Shown one piece after another: positions 35,077-46,642 of a DNA stretch of 64,000 nt. The stretch's first letter is position 1. Each line of letters opens with the position of its first letter. The translations under genes and the position numbers were made by a program. Location: NCBI RefSeq assembly GCF_045037415.1, contig NZ_CP173438.1. One strand, 5' to 3'. The notes below the pieces were generated by a model that saw only the letters and a list, made by a program, of their open reading frames with translations, did no database searches and had not been told where the DNA came from. This DNA is from Escherichia coli (GTDB lineage: Bacteria > Pseudomonadota > Gammaproteobacteria > Enterobacterales > Enterobacteriaceae).

Positions 35077-35772
35077 ATGTCAAACACGCCAATCGAGCTT
35101 AAAGGCAGTAGCTTCACTTTATCTGTGGTTCATCTGCATGAGGCAGAACCTAAGGTTATCCATCAGGCGCTGGAAGACAAAATCGCTCAGGCCCCCGCAT
35201 TTTTAAAACATGCCCCCGTTGTACTCAACGTCAGTGCACTGGAAGACCCGGTAAACTGGTCGGCGATGCATAAGGCGGTTTCGGCAACTGGTTTGCGGGT
35301 TATTGGCGTAAGTGGCTGCAAAGATGCGCAACTTAAAGCCGAAATTGAAAAGATGGGGCTGCCTATCCTGACGGAAGGAAAGGAAAAATCGCCGCGTCCA
35401 GCCCCCGCACCGCAGGCTCCAGCGCAAAATACAACGCCGGTCACAAAAACGCGTTTAATTGATACCCCAGTGCGTTCCGGTCAGCGTATTTATGCTCCAC
35501 AATGTGATCTGATTGTTACAAGCCACGTTAGCGCAGGGGCCGAATTGATTGCCGATGGTAACATTCATGTCTATGGCATGATGCGCGGTCGTGCGCTGGC
35601 AGGGGCAAGTGGTGACCGGGAAACGCAAATATTTTGTACGAACCTGATGGCGGAACTGGTGTCCATCGCAGGTGAATACTGGCTGAGTGATCAAATCCCA
35701 GCAGAATTTTATGGCAAAGCGGCACGACTGCAGTTAGTCGAAAACGCTTTGACCGTTCAACCGTTAAATTGA
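35077..35772 (+). CDS. minC: Septum site-determining protein MinC
   Basis: [25 protein letters not shown]. 231 aa from the internal Met. Confidence 0.96.
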   Translation: MSNTPIELKGSSFTLSVVHLHEAEPKVIHQALEDKIAQAPAFLKHAPVVLNVSALEDPVNWSAMHKAVSATGLRVIGVSGCKDAQLKAEIEKMGLPILTEGKEKSPRPAPAPQAPAQNTTPVTKTRLIDTPVRSGQRIYAPQCDLIVTSHVSAGAELIADGNIHVYGMMRGRALAGASGDRETQIFCTNLMAELVSIAGEYWLSDQIPAEFYGKAARLQLVENALTVQPLN

Positions 35773-35795
35773 TCCCTTTTTAACAAGGAATTTCT

Positions 35796-36608
35796 ATGGC
35801 ACGCATTATTGTTGTTACTTCGGGCAAAGGGGGTGTTGGTAAGACAACCTCCAGCGCGGCCATCGCCACTGGTTTGGCCCAGAAGGGAAAGAAAACTGTC
35901 GTGATAGATTTTGATATCGGCCTGCGTAATCTCGACCTGATTATGGGTTGTGAACGCCGGGTCGTTTACGATTTCGTCAACGTCATTCAGGGCGATGCAA
36001 CGCTAAACCAGGCGTTAATTAAAGATAAACGTACTGAAAATCTCTATATTCTTCCGGCATCGCAAACTCGCGATAAAGATGCCCTCACCCGTGAAGGGGT
36101 CGCCAAAGTTCTTGATGATCTGAAAGCGATGGATTTTGAATTTATCGTTTGTGACTCCCCGGCAGGGATTGAAACCGGTGCGTTAATGGCACTCTATTTT
36201 GCAGACGAAGCCATTATTACCACCAACCCGGAAGTCTCCTCAGTACGCGACTCTGACCGTATTTTAGGCATTCTGGCGTCGAAATCACGCCGCGCAGAAA
36301 ATGGCGAAGAGCCGATTAAAGAGCACCTGCTGTTAACGCGCTATAACCCAGGCCGCGTAAGCAGAGGTGACATGCTGAGCATGGAAGATGTGCTGGAGAT
36401 CCTGCGCATCAAACTCGTCGGCGTGATCCCAGAGGATCAATCAGTATTGCGCGCCTCTAACCAGGGTGAACCGGTCATTCTCGACATTAACGCCGATGCG
36501 GGTAAAGCCTACGCAGATACCGTAGAACGTCTGTTGGGAGAAGAACGTCCTTTCCGCTTCATTGAAGAAGAGAAGAAAGGCTTCCTCAAACGCTTGTTCG
36601 GAGGATAA
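35796..36608 (+). CDS. minD: Septum site-determining ATPase MinD
   Basis: MARIIVVTSGKGGVGKTT deviant Walker A. 270 aa. Confidence 0.98.
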   Translation: MARIIVVTSGKGGVGKTTSSAAIATGLAQKGKKTVVIDFDIGLRNLDLIMGCERRVVYDFVNVIQGDATLNQALIKDKRTENLYILPASQTRDKDALTREGVAKVLDDLKAMDFEFIVCDSPAGIETGALMALYFADEAIITTNPEVSSVRDSDRILGILASKSRRAENGEEPIKEHLLLTRYNPGRVSRGDMLSMEDVLEILRIKLVGVIPEDQSVLRASNQGEPVILDINADAGKAYADTVERLLGEERPFRFIEEEKKGFLKRLFGG

Positions 36609-36611
36609 GTT

Positions 36612-36878
36612 ATGGCATTACTCGATTTCTTTCTCTCGCGGAAGAAAAACACAGCCAACATTGCAAAAGAACGGTTGCAGATTATTGTTGCTGAACGCCG
36701 TCGCAGCGATGCAGAACCGCATTATCTGCCGCAGTTGCGTAAAGATATTCTTGAGGTCATTTGTAAATACGTACAAATTGATCCTGAGATGGTAACCGTA
36801 CAGCTTGAGCAAAAAGATGGCGATATTTCTATTCTTGAGCTGAACGTGACCTTACCGGAAGCAGAAGAGCTGAAATAA
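36612..36878 (+). CDS. minE: Cell division topological specificity factor MinE
   Basis: [31 protein letters not shown]. 88 aa. Confidence 0.98.
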
Positions 36879-36904
36879 GCCCCCTGTAAAAGCGCATTTA
36901 TCTT

Positions 36905-36935
36905 CAAGGCAGAGTCATCTCTGCCTTGAGTTTTT
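36905..36935 (+). terminator. minCDE intrinsic terminator
   Basis: caaggcagag-tcat-ctctgccttg followed by agttttt. Confidence 0.75.
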
Positions 36936-37244
36936 CATCCCTCTCATCCACGTTGTGGTAAAGCGGCGAGTATTCTTGCTGATACTACTCATTGCTATTT
37001 CCCCCCCCTTTACACCTTAAGGCTGTTCCCACGCACAGAACAAAATGTTTACGCCTGGTTGAGTAAATAACCTTATTGTTAGCATGGGTATCCAGGGAGA
37101 TGATAACCCGCAATTTCATTATTCATTGTTCTCCAATAGGATGAGGTTTCCCGCCGTAACTGGCGGGCTTTTTTTGCCCCAGAATTTTCCCTTTTAGCAC
37201 CCTGTAAACGAAAACAGCGCCGAAACGCAGTTAATCGTTGATGG

Positions 37245-37570
37245 TCAGAACGGCCAGTTCACACCGGCCACCGCATTCCACGGGGACTCCACACCGGCAC
37301 CACGGTTATACCCACCCCGAGATGCCCGCTTAACATACTGCTGAATGAGGCTTTAATACCTGCCTGGTATATTCCACGTCTGCCCGACAAATCATTGACA
37401 AAATTACCGTCACTATTCACCTTCACCCGGTTATCATCGACAAATTCTTTGCGCACAGCCGCCTTCAGCCAGGGTTCAATTTCCATACCGTTCCCCAGAC
37501 GCATGTTGTAGCTCAGCGTTGCGCCCAGTTCACGATATATACTGCGGGTATCGACTGATTTCGATTCCAT
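37245..37570 (-). pseudogene. ycgI: Autotransporter beta-barrel C-terminal remnant (ycgI-like)
   Basis: 103-aa fragment with beta-domain-like sequence (..VNDLSGRRGIYQAGIKASF..). The canonical terminal ..GAGVESPWNAVAGVNWPF* is present only in a different frame, so there is a frameshift. There is no passenger domain and no start context. Confidence 0.7.
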
Positions 37571-38161
37571 GCATTGGATAAATGATAGTAGCGTCTAAGT
37601 GACCTTAGCTCTGCTGCAACATCAGCCCGCAGGCACCAGACCAGGGGATTCATCCTGAAGAGACAGCGCAAATGTATTGTGTTCACCGCTCATCAAAGAC
37701 ATCATGATGAAATGATGATATCCCGTATAAGAAAGAGGCATTTTTTAAACGCAGTGCGCTGAAGTGTTGTTGGATAAAAAACACTCTTTTCTGATAATAC
37801 TGTCGTACGCTTATTTTTCGACAATGAGGCCGTCCACAAAATAAAATGACTAATGTAATCGTTGCTAATGAATATCTTCTGCTCACATAACAATCACACA
37901 ATAATATTGATAAATCAGATTATCTTACCTTTACAACATTGTATTAACAGCCAATGACACTTCTTGAATAAAAATATTGTCAATCAATGAGTTATTTCTC
38001 ATTTGAGATTATTCTCATTCCCGTAAAAAACATAATTCCTATCATCACAGTCACGCTCATTTTGAATTATCTGAATAATAGCGAGCGTTCTTTAGTTAAG
38101 CAGATCTTAATTGAAGACGAAATTATTGTGTGTGCAACTTACTTAATACCGGACAACTAAG

Positions 38162-38506
38162 TTGAAGAAAAAAATACTCGCCTTCGGGCTTATCTCAGCA
38201 TTGTTCTGCTCCACGCCAGCAATGGCGGATATGAATCGCACCACGAAAGGTGCATTGCTAGGTGCAGGCGTTGGTTTACTTACTGGCAATGGTGTTAATG
38301 GCGTACTGAAAGGTGCAGCTGTTGGCGCTGGTGTTGGTGCAGTAACAGAAAAAGGCCGTGACGGTAAAAATGCGCGTAAAGGTGCAAAAGTGGGTGCCGC
38401 CGTTGGTGCTGTCACTGGCGTTCTGACCGGCAATGGCCTCGAAGGGGCGATTAAAGGTGCCGTGATTGGCGGTACGGGTGGTGCAATTCTGGGTAAAATG
38501 AAATAA
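38162..38506 (+). CDS. ymgG: Glycine-zipper small protein YmgG
   Basis: TTG start. [22 protein letters not shown] followed by GxxxG repeats. 114 aa. Confidence 0.9.
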
Positions 38507-38515
38507 GGAATGATG

Positions 38516-38845
38516 ATGAAAAAATTTGCTTTACTGGCGGGTCTGTTTGTTTTCGCACCAATGACCTGGGCGCAGGACTACAATATTAAGAACGGTTTGC
38601 CATCAGAAACCTATATTACTTGCGCAGAAGCCAACGAAATGGCAAAAACTGACAGCGCACAGGTTGCAGAAATTGTTGCGGTAATGGGTAATGCCAGCGT
38701 TGCCAGCCGTGATTTAAAAATTGAGCAATCTCCGGAACTGAGCGCCAAAGTGGTAGAAAAACTGAATCAGGTTTGCGCTAAAGATCCGCAAATGCTGTTG
38801 ATCACGGCAATTGATGACACCATGCGTGCTATCGGCAAAAAATAA
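38516..38845 (+). CDS. ymgD: Periplasmic protein YmgD
   Basis: MKKFALLAGLFVFAPMTWA signal peptide. 109 aa. Confidence 0.9.
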   Translation: MKKFALLAGLFVFAPMTWAQDYNIKNGLPSETYITCAEANEMAKTDSAQVAEIVAVMGNASVASRDLKIEQSPELSAKVVEKLNQVCAKDPQMLLITAIDDTMRAIGKK

Positions 38846-38858
38846 TATTTCATATGTT

Positions 38859-38888
38859 ACCGCGTCGATGAATTCGACGCGGTTTTTT
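38859..38888 (+). terminator. ymgGD intrinsic terminator
   Basis: accgcgtcga-tgaat-tcgacgcggt followed by ttttt. Confidence 0.75.
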
Positions 38889-38903
38889 AGCTAACGGGCG
38901 GGA

Positions 38904-40410
38904 TCAGAACTTATATTTCAGGCCCACCATCATTGCGGTGTCATTGTAGCCATTATCACCCAGCTGCACGCCCACATTACCCCAGACGCTGGCCGCCGGA
39001 TTCAGATTGCCATTTACGCCATGTTTCATTTCCCCCAGATTACGAGCCCCGTCTTGTTCGACTTTCACACCGTTCATTGAGACAGCAAAATCTTTACTGT
39101 TATGGATCCCGTTCATTTCAACAAAAGGTTCAAAGTCGTCACCGTGCGGACCGCTGTTTTTCTCCTGAGTACGAATAAAGGTGCGGAAACCAAGTCGGCT
39201 CTGGATGTTGTAATTTGCGTCATTCTCAATACGTGAGCCATTGGCTTCCGTGTGCGCATTATGATCGACGCCCATCCAGATGGCCTGTGCCGAGGTCGTT
39301 CTCAACTGTCCGTTGCTGTCACGCCAGGCATTATGCCCGCCAATTTGACATAGCCAAAGTTGGCTTGAACGCTCCTGTTCAGTTACAGGATCGATATAGC
39401 GCGTTTCACCCGCACGATCGTTCAGACGCGTAACAAAAAGAGTGTTAGCGGCTGCCAGGTTGGCGACGTAACTGCCAGCGTCGGGTCGCAGGACGGGGGT
39501 AGGCGTTTCTGTTGATTCTGAAGTGACATTGGAAAAAAATCACTCTCTACCATTGTATATTTTTGCAATGGGGGCTTTAGTGCCATTTGTTGTAATAGAA
39601 CTTTTTTATATCAATGTTACCTTGTCGAATAGCAACTGCATAACTTCCATCAGCCACAGTTTCAAGTACCACATAATCTAAATTAATATATGCTTTATTC
39701 CCATTAGCATAAGTACCATAGCTATTAATACCATTAGTTGTTATGGAACCACCATTCATTTTTAAATCAGCACGGCTAATAACTTCGTAACTGTTAGAAT
39801 CACAAACTTCATCATCTACAGCATCGACACATGTTCGAGACTCTCCAGGACTTGAACATGCAAGAACTCCTACTGCATTTTCCCCATAGGTAACAATGTT
39901 CGTTTTATCTGTGGTTTCAAGACTGGTGTTATTTTCCACAGTCCCAGAATCATTAACCTGACTTAAAAATCCCGCTGAATATGCCCCCTCGTCTCGACTG
40001 AATTATCACCATTCATAACGATGGTGCCACCAAATTCACTGACTACTGCGCTGGCTGTTATCCCTCCATTTTCTTTGTCAGATACGCTTCCAGAGGTCTT
40101 AATATTGCTATCGCTTATATATAATACTTTGTTTTGGCTATCAACAGAAATACCATAAGATCCATCACCACTAGTCATCACACTGGCATTATTTATATAT
40201 CCAGTTACACCGTCATCCACTTTCACAGCATGGCTTTCGTCTTAAGTGATTAGATACTCTCCATTACTTGTAGAAGTATTATTTTTGATTTCAATCGGTG
40301 ATTCTTCATCGGTTATATAGGAAATTACACTATAATTATCCAACAATTGTGTTACCCACCGCCAGAGCAATAAGTCCTAAACTGAACCCGGGGAGTTTTT
40401 TCAGTTTCAT
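38904..40410 (-). pseudogene. ycgH: Disrupted autotransporter gene (ycgH-like)
   Basis: A signal-peptide start MKLKKLPGFSLGLIALAVG lies at 40410. Passenger-like fragments (39963-40226, 39577-39939) and the beta-barrel end (38904-39305, ..MVGLKYKF*) lie in different frames, separated by stops. Confidence 0.8.
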
Positions 40411-40807
40411 AGATTAACCATCCATTCATTGGATTAACAAATATTCCTGATAAAATAACCTATGAGTTCAGATCACCAAAACGGAGGGCAAAGATAAAAA
40501 CAAAAGCACAATAAATTTAAATAGATAAACAGCGACAATATTTAAATGATAAATAAGTCAGCATTATCATTTTTAGCTTATTTTCATGACATTGATCACT
40601 TTGGGGTAACTATTTTGTTTAACAAATAACTCTTCGACATCAAAATTATCAACAGTTGCCATAGAAATTATTTCACTGATATATAAAACAACTGTGATAA
40701 CACCAGGGTTGACAACTATTTGCACAATAATTCCTTTCCTTCAATGATCCAGGGGTTCACTGCCAGCAACCCATTCAGCCGCATACTGACAGTGAGAAAC
40801 TGAAAGA

Positions 40808-41026
40808 TTAGTGCTGATCCCTGTGGCTGACGAGTCTTTCCCTTAATCGATTAACCAGATTGATCGCCAGCCAAACAAGGGCATTAAGCAAATTTATCGT
40901 CACAAGCACTTCTCCCAGCCCGGTGCTGGGTTTTGCAATAAGGATGACCAGGAGAGTGATCAACATAAATGCAATGGAAAAGATGATATAGAGAGTGAAA
41001 TAATCCAGATTATTACTATTGTTCAT
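40808..41026 (-). CDS. ymgF: Small inner-membrane protein YmgF
   Basis: MNNSNNLDYFTLYIIFSIAFMLITLLVILIA. 72 aa from the internal Met. Confidence 0.85.
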   Translation of the reverse strand: MNNSNNLDYFTLYIIFSIAFMLITLLVILIAKPSTGLGEVLVTINLLNALVWLAINLVNRLRERLVSHRDQH

Positions 41027-41157
41027 GCTACTAATGGCAATCCAGTCAAAACTTTCAAACAATTATAGCAAACAAAAGAATGAACAATAGTAACAAGAGG
41101 CAACGAGCTAATTAGCTGTCTATAATTACACCGTACCATGGCCTTACTGATCAATTT

Positions 41158-42009
41158 TCACTCAACCACAACCTTCACCTTCGGTTTAGAAAGGATAATT
41201 TTGACCAGGTCGATGTATGTAACAGGTTTATAGAAATAATAACCCTGCTGAAATGTAATATTATTTTGGTTCAGATAGTCAAGTTGTTCTTTCGTTTCGA
41301 CACCTTCAGCGACGATACTGATCGAAAGTTTACGCGCCAGATCCAATACACAATCCAGAATTCGGGTTGATTCTGGGTCTGCGTTGACGCGGCCAACGAA
41401 ACTGTGATCAATTTTTATATAATCAATATGCAGGTCATGCAGATAAGAAAGCCCTGAGTAACCAGTACCGAAATCATCCAGCGCGATGACAAAACCATTT
41501 TCATGCAGAATGTTCAACCGCTGAACCAGACTTTCATCAACATTTAATGGTTCACGCTCGGTGACTTCCAGAACAAGGTTTAAATCGCGGCGGGTAAAAC
41601 TGTCACGGTAATTTAAGCACTCGTCGACAAACGTCGGCGAAACAATATGCGAGGCGCTAAAATTAATCCCAATATGAAAACCTTCCGGCAGTTTACTCGC
41701 GATAGCGTTCATCTGGGTGGCAACCTGATTCATCAGGCTTTGCGTAAGCGGAACGATTAATCCGCATTTTTCAGCAAGTGGAATAAATGCCGCAGGTGAT
41801 ATATATCCACCGTGAGGTTGTTTCCAGCGGGCTAACACCTCAACTCCCCGCAATGTCCCTTCCCGACCATTTACCACAGGTTGGTAAAAAGGGACGATCT
41901 CCCCATTATTTATAGCCCGTCGCAGGATCTCTTCAGGCGTTGCGCTTTTATTGAAATACCTATCAAGAAGGAAGGCAGCGGCGCAGGCGATTAACAGAAT
42001 AAATATCAA
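41158..42009 (-). pseudogene. pdeG: 5'-truncated EAL-domain c-di-GMP phosphodiesterase (pdeG/ycgG)
   Basis: The EAL domain is intact (FYQPVV, EVLARW, EVTE, DDFGTGYS, IKID, AEGVE). Only one TM segment precedes it. The frame is closed by a TAG about 100 nt upstream of a TTG. Only about 340 bp separates it from ymgC, whereas the K-12 protein (507 aa by recollection) has an N-terminal periplasmic CSS domain. Confidence 0.6.
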
Positions 42010-42348
42010 AATCCCAAAGCCTTTATCGATAAGTCTGTAGAAGCTAAAGAGACGTTCATTCGCTCGCGCTGGGGTCTACAGATAGCATGGTAGAGAGCAT
42101 CACAAATATCCACGCCGAAGATAAAATTTTCTCCAACTTCATCTAACCTATTAATTATTTAGAACAATGTAGGCAGAATTAAACAAATTAGGCGGGATAT
42201 CAGGCGTCAAGAATGGAAAACGAGCGCTCTCCATTCCTGTTTGCCCTCTGATATTGCGGATATATTAAGAAAGCATAACGCCTGAAATGCTCACTTTGCA
42301 TCAGCATAGTGATACAGCTGATGTTTATTCAAAAACCTTACTCAAGTT

Positions 42349-42597
42349 TTAAGAGAGCACGGATTCCCTGTCATTAATAATGATATCCGTTAGTGTAGTC
42401 TTATGCATTTCAATGTACTGCAAGATTTGCAGATAGAGATCAGAAAGAATAACACTGGTCTCATCTTTTAAACGCAACCGTAAAGCATGAGCAATAATAT
42501 GACTATCAACATATCCATGTGTCATGAACACCTCCTTCTCGAGGTTTTTAAACAAAGCACATTGAAAAATAAATCTCTCTGGGATTGAATTATTCAT
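42349..42597 (-). CDS. ymgC: YmgC
   Basis: MNNSIPERFIFQCALFKNLEKEVFMTHGYVD. 82 aa from the internal Met. Confidence 0.85.
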   Translation of the reverse strand: MNNSIPERFIFQCALFKNLEKEVFMTHGYVDSHIIAHALRLRLKDETSVILSDLYLQILQYIEMHKTTLTDIIINDRESVLS

Positions 42598-42709
42598 GTC
42601 AGCCTCGCAGGAATAGTGACCCAATAAAATTATGCTATGTATAGTCTAAAGCGACAGACAAAAATAAGATGAATGAGTTTTCTATAAACTTATACTTTAT
42701 AATTAAAAG

Positions 42710-42976
42710 TTACATATCATCAGCTGTGTATCGCAACACGATTTCCAGTGTTTTTCTAATCACATCAGCTTTGAGAATATCACTTGTTGTTTCCAGGGAG
42801 TGTATCAGACTTAAGATAATATTTTTATTATTAACATTATCACCTGAAAGCATTAAATTGGTCACAGCCTGCCCTAACACAGCTGACTCTTCTTCTAACA
42901 AATTACCTGAACTACGAAAGTAACTTGATAACGCTTTATCAGATATTGCATTATGAATAGTAGTATCTTCAAGCAT
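42710..42976 (-). CDS. ariR: Biofilm/acid-resistance connector protein AriR (YmgB)
   Basis: [46 protein letters not shown]. 88 aa. Confidence 0.92.
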
Positions 42977-43004
42977 GGTAACCTCTCATCTTACTTATGA
43001 AATT

Positions 43005-43277
43005 TTAATGTATTCTGTTTATTTTCTTACCAGTGAACATATTTTTATTGTCAGCGATCGCTGTTCTTCGGTTTGGCCCTCCTGTATCACTGTTGCTAAA
43101 ATCACGAATTATGCTGTCAATTAAATCTCGTCGGAAAGTATTTTCCTCAGCCGATTTCATTACGAGTAATTGCTTAATAAGAGTCTGCAACGAAAAATTT
43201 ATCTTCATGCGCAGTATCTGGAGCACCGCCTGGCCAGTAATTTCATATTTAATACTTTCATTATCAGATGTCTTCAT
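43005..43277 (-). CDS. ymgA: Connector protein YmgA
   Basis: 90 aa. Paralogous small helical protein in the ycgZ-ymgA-ariR operon. Confidence 0.88.
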   Translation of the reverse strand: MKTSDNESIKYEITGQAVLQILRMKINFSLQTLIKQLLVMKSAEENTFRRDLIDSIIRDFSNSDTGGPNRRTAIADNKNMFTGKKINRIH

Positions 43278-43319
43278 AACGACTTCATAGCTAACCTGTT
43301 AAATAATCAGGCTGTTGCA

Positions 43320-43556
43320 TTATTCAAAAAGCAACCCAATTAGTGCATTATAATGTTTCTGTTCCTCTTCCCCTGTCGCTTGTTCCAGTCGGCAAAGAAG
43401 TTTGGCACAAAGCGACTTTCGACTCAGATTACGTCCATCTTTCAAAATCTCAGTCACAATTTCCCCGAGAGTTTCCTGCTGAGTAGGCAAGTTAGCTTTT
43501 GCAAAGTAACGAGTGATTGCTCCTGCAGAATCTGAAGTCACTGAATTTTGATGCAT
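43320..43556 (-). CDS. ycgZ: Connector protein YcgZ
   Basis: 78 aa. First gene of the operon divergent from bluF. Confidence 0.88.
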   Translation of the reverse strand: MHQNSVTSDSAGAITRYFAKANLPTQQETLGEIVTEILKDGRNLSRKSLCAKLLCRLEQATGEEEQKHYNALIGLLFE

Positions 43557-43869
43557 GCTACGCCTCTGTTAAAAATGTTAATCAATGTTAAGTGAGGTAA
43601 CAATAGCAAACTTGTACGAAATATGTGTACAGAATGATAAATTAATTTTTCGCAATTAGTGCTAATTCATATAAAACAATGCATTACGATAAAACATATT
43701 GCATCATTTAAATGACAACCTATACAGGTTTTTTCACCAAACCGTCTTCAACCTTTTCCACTTTTTATCAATGTAAAGAAACGGTTATGTTTTGGTATTA
43801 AAAGAAAGACACAAGAAGATATGTCTGTTACCGTCTTACTCTCGCCTCGCCCATTACCCTGGATTGTTA

Positions 43870-45081
43870 ATGCTTACCACCCTTATTTATCGTAGCCATA
43901 TACGTGACGCCGAACCTGTCAAAAAAATCGAAGAAATGGTTTCGATAGCAAATCGCAGGAACATGCGGTCTGACGTAACAGGGATCTTACTGTTTAATGG
44001 TTCTCATTTTTTCCAGCTTCTGGAAGGTCCGGAAGAACAGGTTCAAATGATATATCGGGCCATATGCCAGGATCCACGGCACTATAATATTGTTGAACTG
44101 TTGTGCGATTACGCGCCTGCTCGCCGTTTTGGCAAAGCAGGAATGGAATTATTTGATTTACGCCTGCACGAGCGAGATGACGTTTTACAGGCCGTATTCG
44201 ACAAAGGCACATCAAAATTTCAGCTAACTTATGATGACAGAGCGCTACAATTTTTTCGTACTTTTGTCCTTGCAACTGAACAATCAACCTATTTCGAGAT
44301 TCCTGCTGAAGACTCCTGGCTTTTTATCGCTGACGGATCTGATAAAGAACTTGATTCTTGTACCCTTTCATCAAATATAAACGACCACTTTGCCTTTCAT
44401 CCTATTGTCGACCCTTTATCGCGGCGGATAATCGCTTTTGAAGCCATTGTGCAAAAAAATGAAGACAGCCCGTCAGCTATAGCGGTTGGGCAGCGTAAAG
44501 AAGGGGAAATCTACACAGCGGATCTCAAAAGTAAGGCGCTTGCATTCGCGATGGCACACGCACTTAAGCTCGGTGATAAAATGATTTCAATCAATCTATT
44601 ACCTATGACCCTGGTTAACGAGCCTGACGCAGTCTCTTTTTTACTTGATGAAATAAAGGCCAATGCTCTGGTGCCTGAACAAATCATCGTTGAATTTACT
44701 GAAAGTGAAGTCATATCTCGGTTTGATGAGTTTGCCGAAGCGGTTAAATCGCTAAAGGCTGCCGGTATCAGTGTAGCAATTGATCATTTTGGCGCAGGTT
44801 TTGCTGGTTTGTTACTCCTGTCACGCTTCCAGCCTGACAGAATTAAAATCAGTCAGGAATTGATTACCAACGTTCATAAAAGCGGACCACGGCAGGCAAT
44901 TATTCAGGCGATCATGAAATGCTGTACATCACTTGAAATTCAAGTCTCTGCTATGGGCGTGGCAACACCAGAAGAGTGGATGTGGCTTGAATCTGCAGGA
45001 ATTGAGATGTTTCAGGGAGATCTGTTTTCCAAAGCTAAATTGAATGGTATCCCTTCAGTTGCGTGGCCGGAGAAAAAATAA
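43870..45081 (+). CDS. bluF: Blue-light sensor BLUF plus degenerate EAL protein
   Basis: MLTTLIYRSHIRD..ILLFNGSHFFQLLEG is the BLUF domain. The C-terminal EAL-like domain lacks a canonical EAL (EFTE). 403 aa from the internal Met. Confidence 0.93.
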   Translation: MLTTLIYRSHIRDAEPVKKIEEMVSIANRRNMRSDVTGILLFNGSHFFQLLEGPEEQVQMIYRAICQDPRHYNIVELLCDYAPARRFGKAGMELFDLRLHERDDVLQAVFDKGTSKFQLTYDDRALQFFRTFVLATEQSTYFEIPAEDSWLFIADGSDKELDSCTLSSNINDHFAFHPIVDPLSRRIIAFEAIVQKNEDSPSAIAVGQRKEGEIYTADLKSKALAFAMAHALKLGDKMISINLLPMTLVNEPDAVSFLLDEIKANALVPEQIIVEFTESEVISRFDEFAEAVKSLKAAGISVAIDHFGAGFAGLLLLSRFQPDRIKISQELITNVHKSGPRQAIIQAIMKCCTSLEIQVSAMGVATPEEWMWLESAGIEMFQGDLFSKAKLNGIPSVAWPEKK

Positions 45082-45285
45082 TTTTCAGCACATTATTTCG
45101 CATGATTTCTGGAAATCATCGTGAAAATGAATACGTTATGTTTTAATTTAATCCACATTAAAAATAATATTTCATCCAATTTAGCTGAAATCTTATTTAT
45201 ACTTTGTACAATTTTAGCGTATATTGTACAAAGTATTATTGGGTCGTGTAGAGGCGACGGAGATTTATGACCGCAAGGAGGAATT

Positions 45286-46017
45286 GTGGCTTATTACAGC
45301 ATTGGTGATGTTGCTGAACGTTGCGGGATTAATCCTGTCACTCTCCGGGCCTGGCAACGCCGCTACGGTTTGTTAAAACCACAACGCAGTGAAGGCGGAC
45401 ACCGACTCTTTGATGAAGAAGACATACAACGCATCGAAGAGATCAAGCGTTGGATAAGTAATGGCGTTCCTGTAGGCAAAGTTAAAGCATTACTGGAAAC
45501 TACCCGCCAGGATACGCAAGATGACTGGAGCCGCCTGCAAGAAGAGATGATGTCAATTCTTCGTATGGCTAATCCAGCCAAACTACGCGCGCGAATTATT
45601 TCACTGGGTCGAGAGTACCCAGTAGATCAATTGATTAATCATGTTTACCTTCCTGTTCGCCAGCGTCTCGTGCTTGATCACAACACCTCCCGCATTATGA
45701 GCAGTATGTTTGACGGCGCATTAATTGAATACGCAGCGGCCTCACTTTTCGAAATGCGCCGTAAGCCCGGTAAAGAGGCCATTCTGATGGCGTGGAATGT
45801 TGAAGAGAGAGCACGATTGTGGCTGGAAGCATGGCGTTTATCATTGTCAGGATGGCACATTTCTGTTCTTGCTGATCCCATTGAATCGCCGCGCCCGGAA
45901 CTGTTCCCAACGCAAACATTGATTGTCTGGACAGGCATGGCACCAACGAGAAGGCAAAACGAACTTTTACAACACTGGGGTGAGCAAGGTTATAAAGTCA
46001 TCTTTCATGCCCCCTAA
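45286..46017 (+). CDS. bluR: MerR-family repressor BluR (YcgE)
   Basis: GTG start. [42 protein letters not shown]. 243 aa. Confidence 0.93.
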   Translation: MAYYSIGDVAERCGINPVTLRAWQRRYGLLKPQRSEGGHRLFDEEDIQRIEEIKRWISNGVPVGKVKALLETTRQDTQDDWSRLQEEMMSILRMANPAKLRARIISLGREYPVDQLINHVYLPVRQRLVLDHNTSRIMSSMFDGALIEYAAASLFEMRRKPGKEAILMAWNVEERARLWLEAWRLSLSGWHISVLADPIESPRPELFPTQTLIVWTGMAPTRRQNELLQHWGEQGYKVIFHAP

Positions 46018-46237
46018 ATTCACCTTTATCCCGCCCCTTAGACAGAATGTTATAATCTGAACCCACAACAGCGTTTGTAGCGGAGCTGGTCCGTTGCAAA
46101 ATGCTCACCGGGAGAATTCAGGTAATCCCCCTTTGACACTTTGTACATATCACAGCCAAAGGACAGACCAGATTGAAGTGGTAAAACCGATCGTGCACAC
46201 TACGCAGTCTCACACCTAACAAGAGGTTATTATCCTG

Positions 46238-46642
46238 ATGGATCAGGTCGTTGTTTTTCAAAAGATGTTTGAGCAAGTGAGAAAAGAGCAAAACTTCTCC
46301 TGGTTTTATTCAGAATTAAAACATCACCGTATTGCACATTACATTTATTATCTGGCTACGGATAACATCAGAATTATTACTCACGATGACACGGTTTTGT
46401 TATTAAGAGGAACCAGGAACCTGTTAAAAGTTAGTACGACCAAGAACCCAGCTAAAATAAAAGAGGCCGCATTGCTTCATATTCGCGGAAAATCTACATT
46501 TCGGGAATACTGTTCAACACTGGCAGGCGCAGGCGTTTTCCGGTGGGTTACTGATGTTAATCATAACAAACGCAGTTACTACGCCATTGATAATACGCTT
46601 TTATATATTGAAGATGTAGAAAATAATAAACCATTAATCTAG
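46238..46642 (+). CDS. ycgX: DUF1398-family protein YcgX
   Basis: 134 aa. Synteny after bluR. Confidence 0.8.
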   Translation: MDQVVVFQKMFEQVRKEQNFSWFYSELKHHRIAHYIYYLATDNIRIITHDDTVLLLRGTRNLLKVSTTKNPAKIKEAALLHIRGKSTFREYCSTLAGAGVFRWVTDVNHNKRSYYAIDNTLLYIEDVENNKPLI

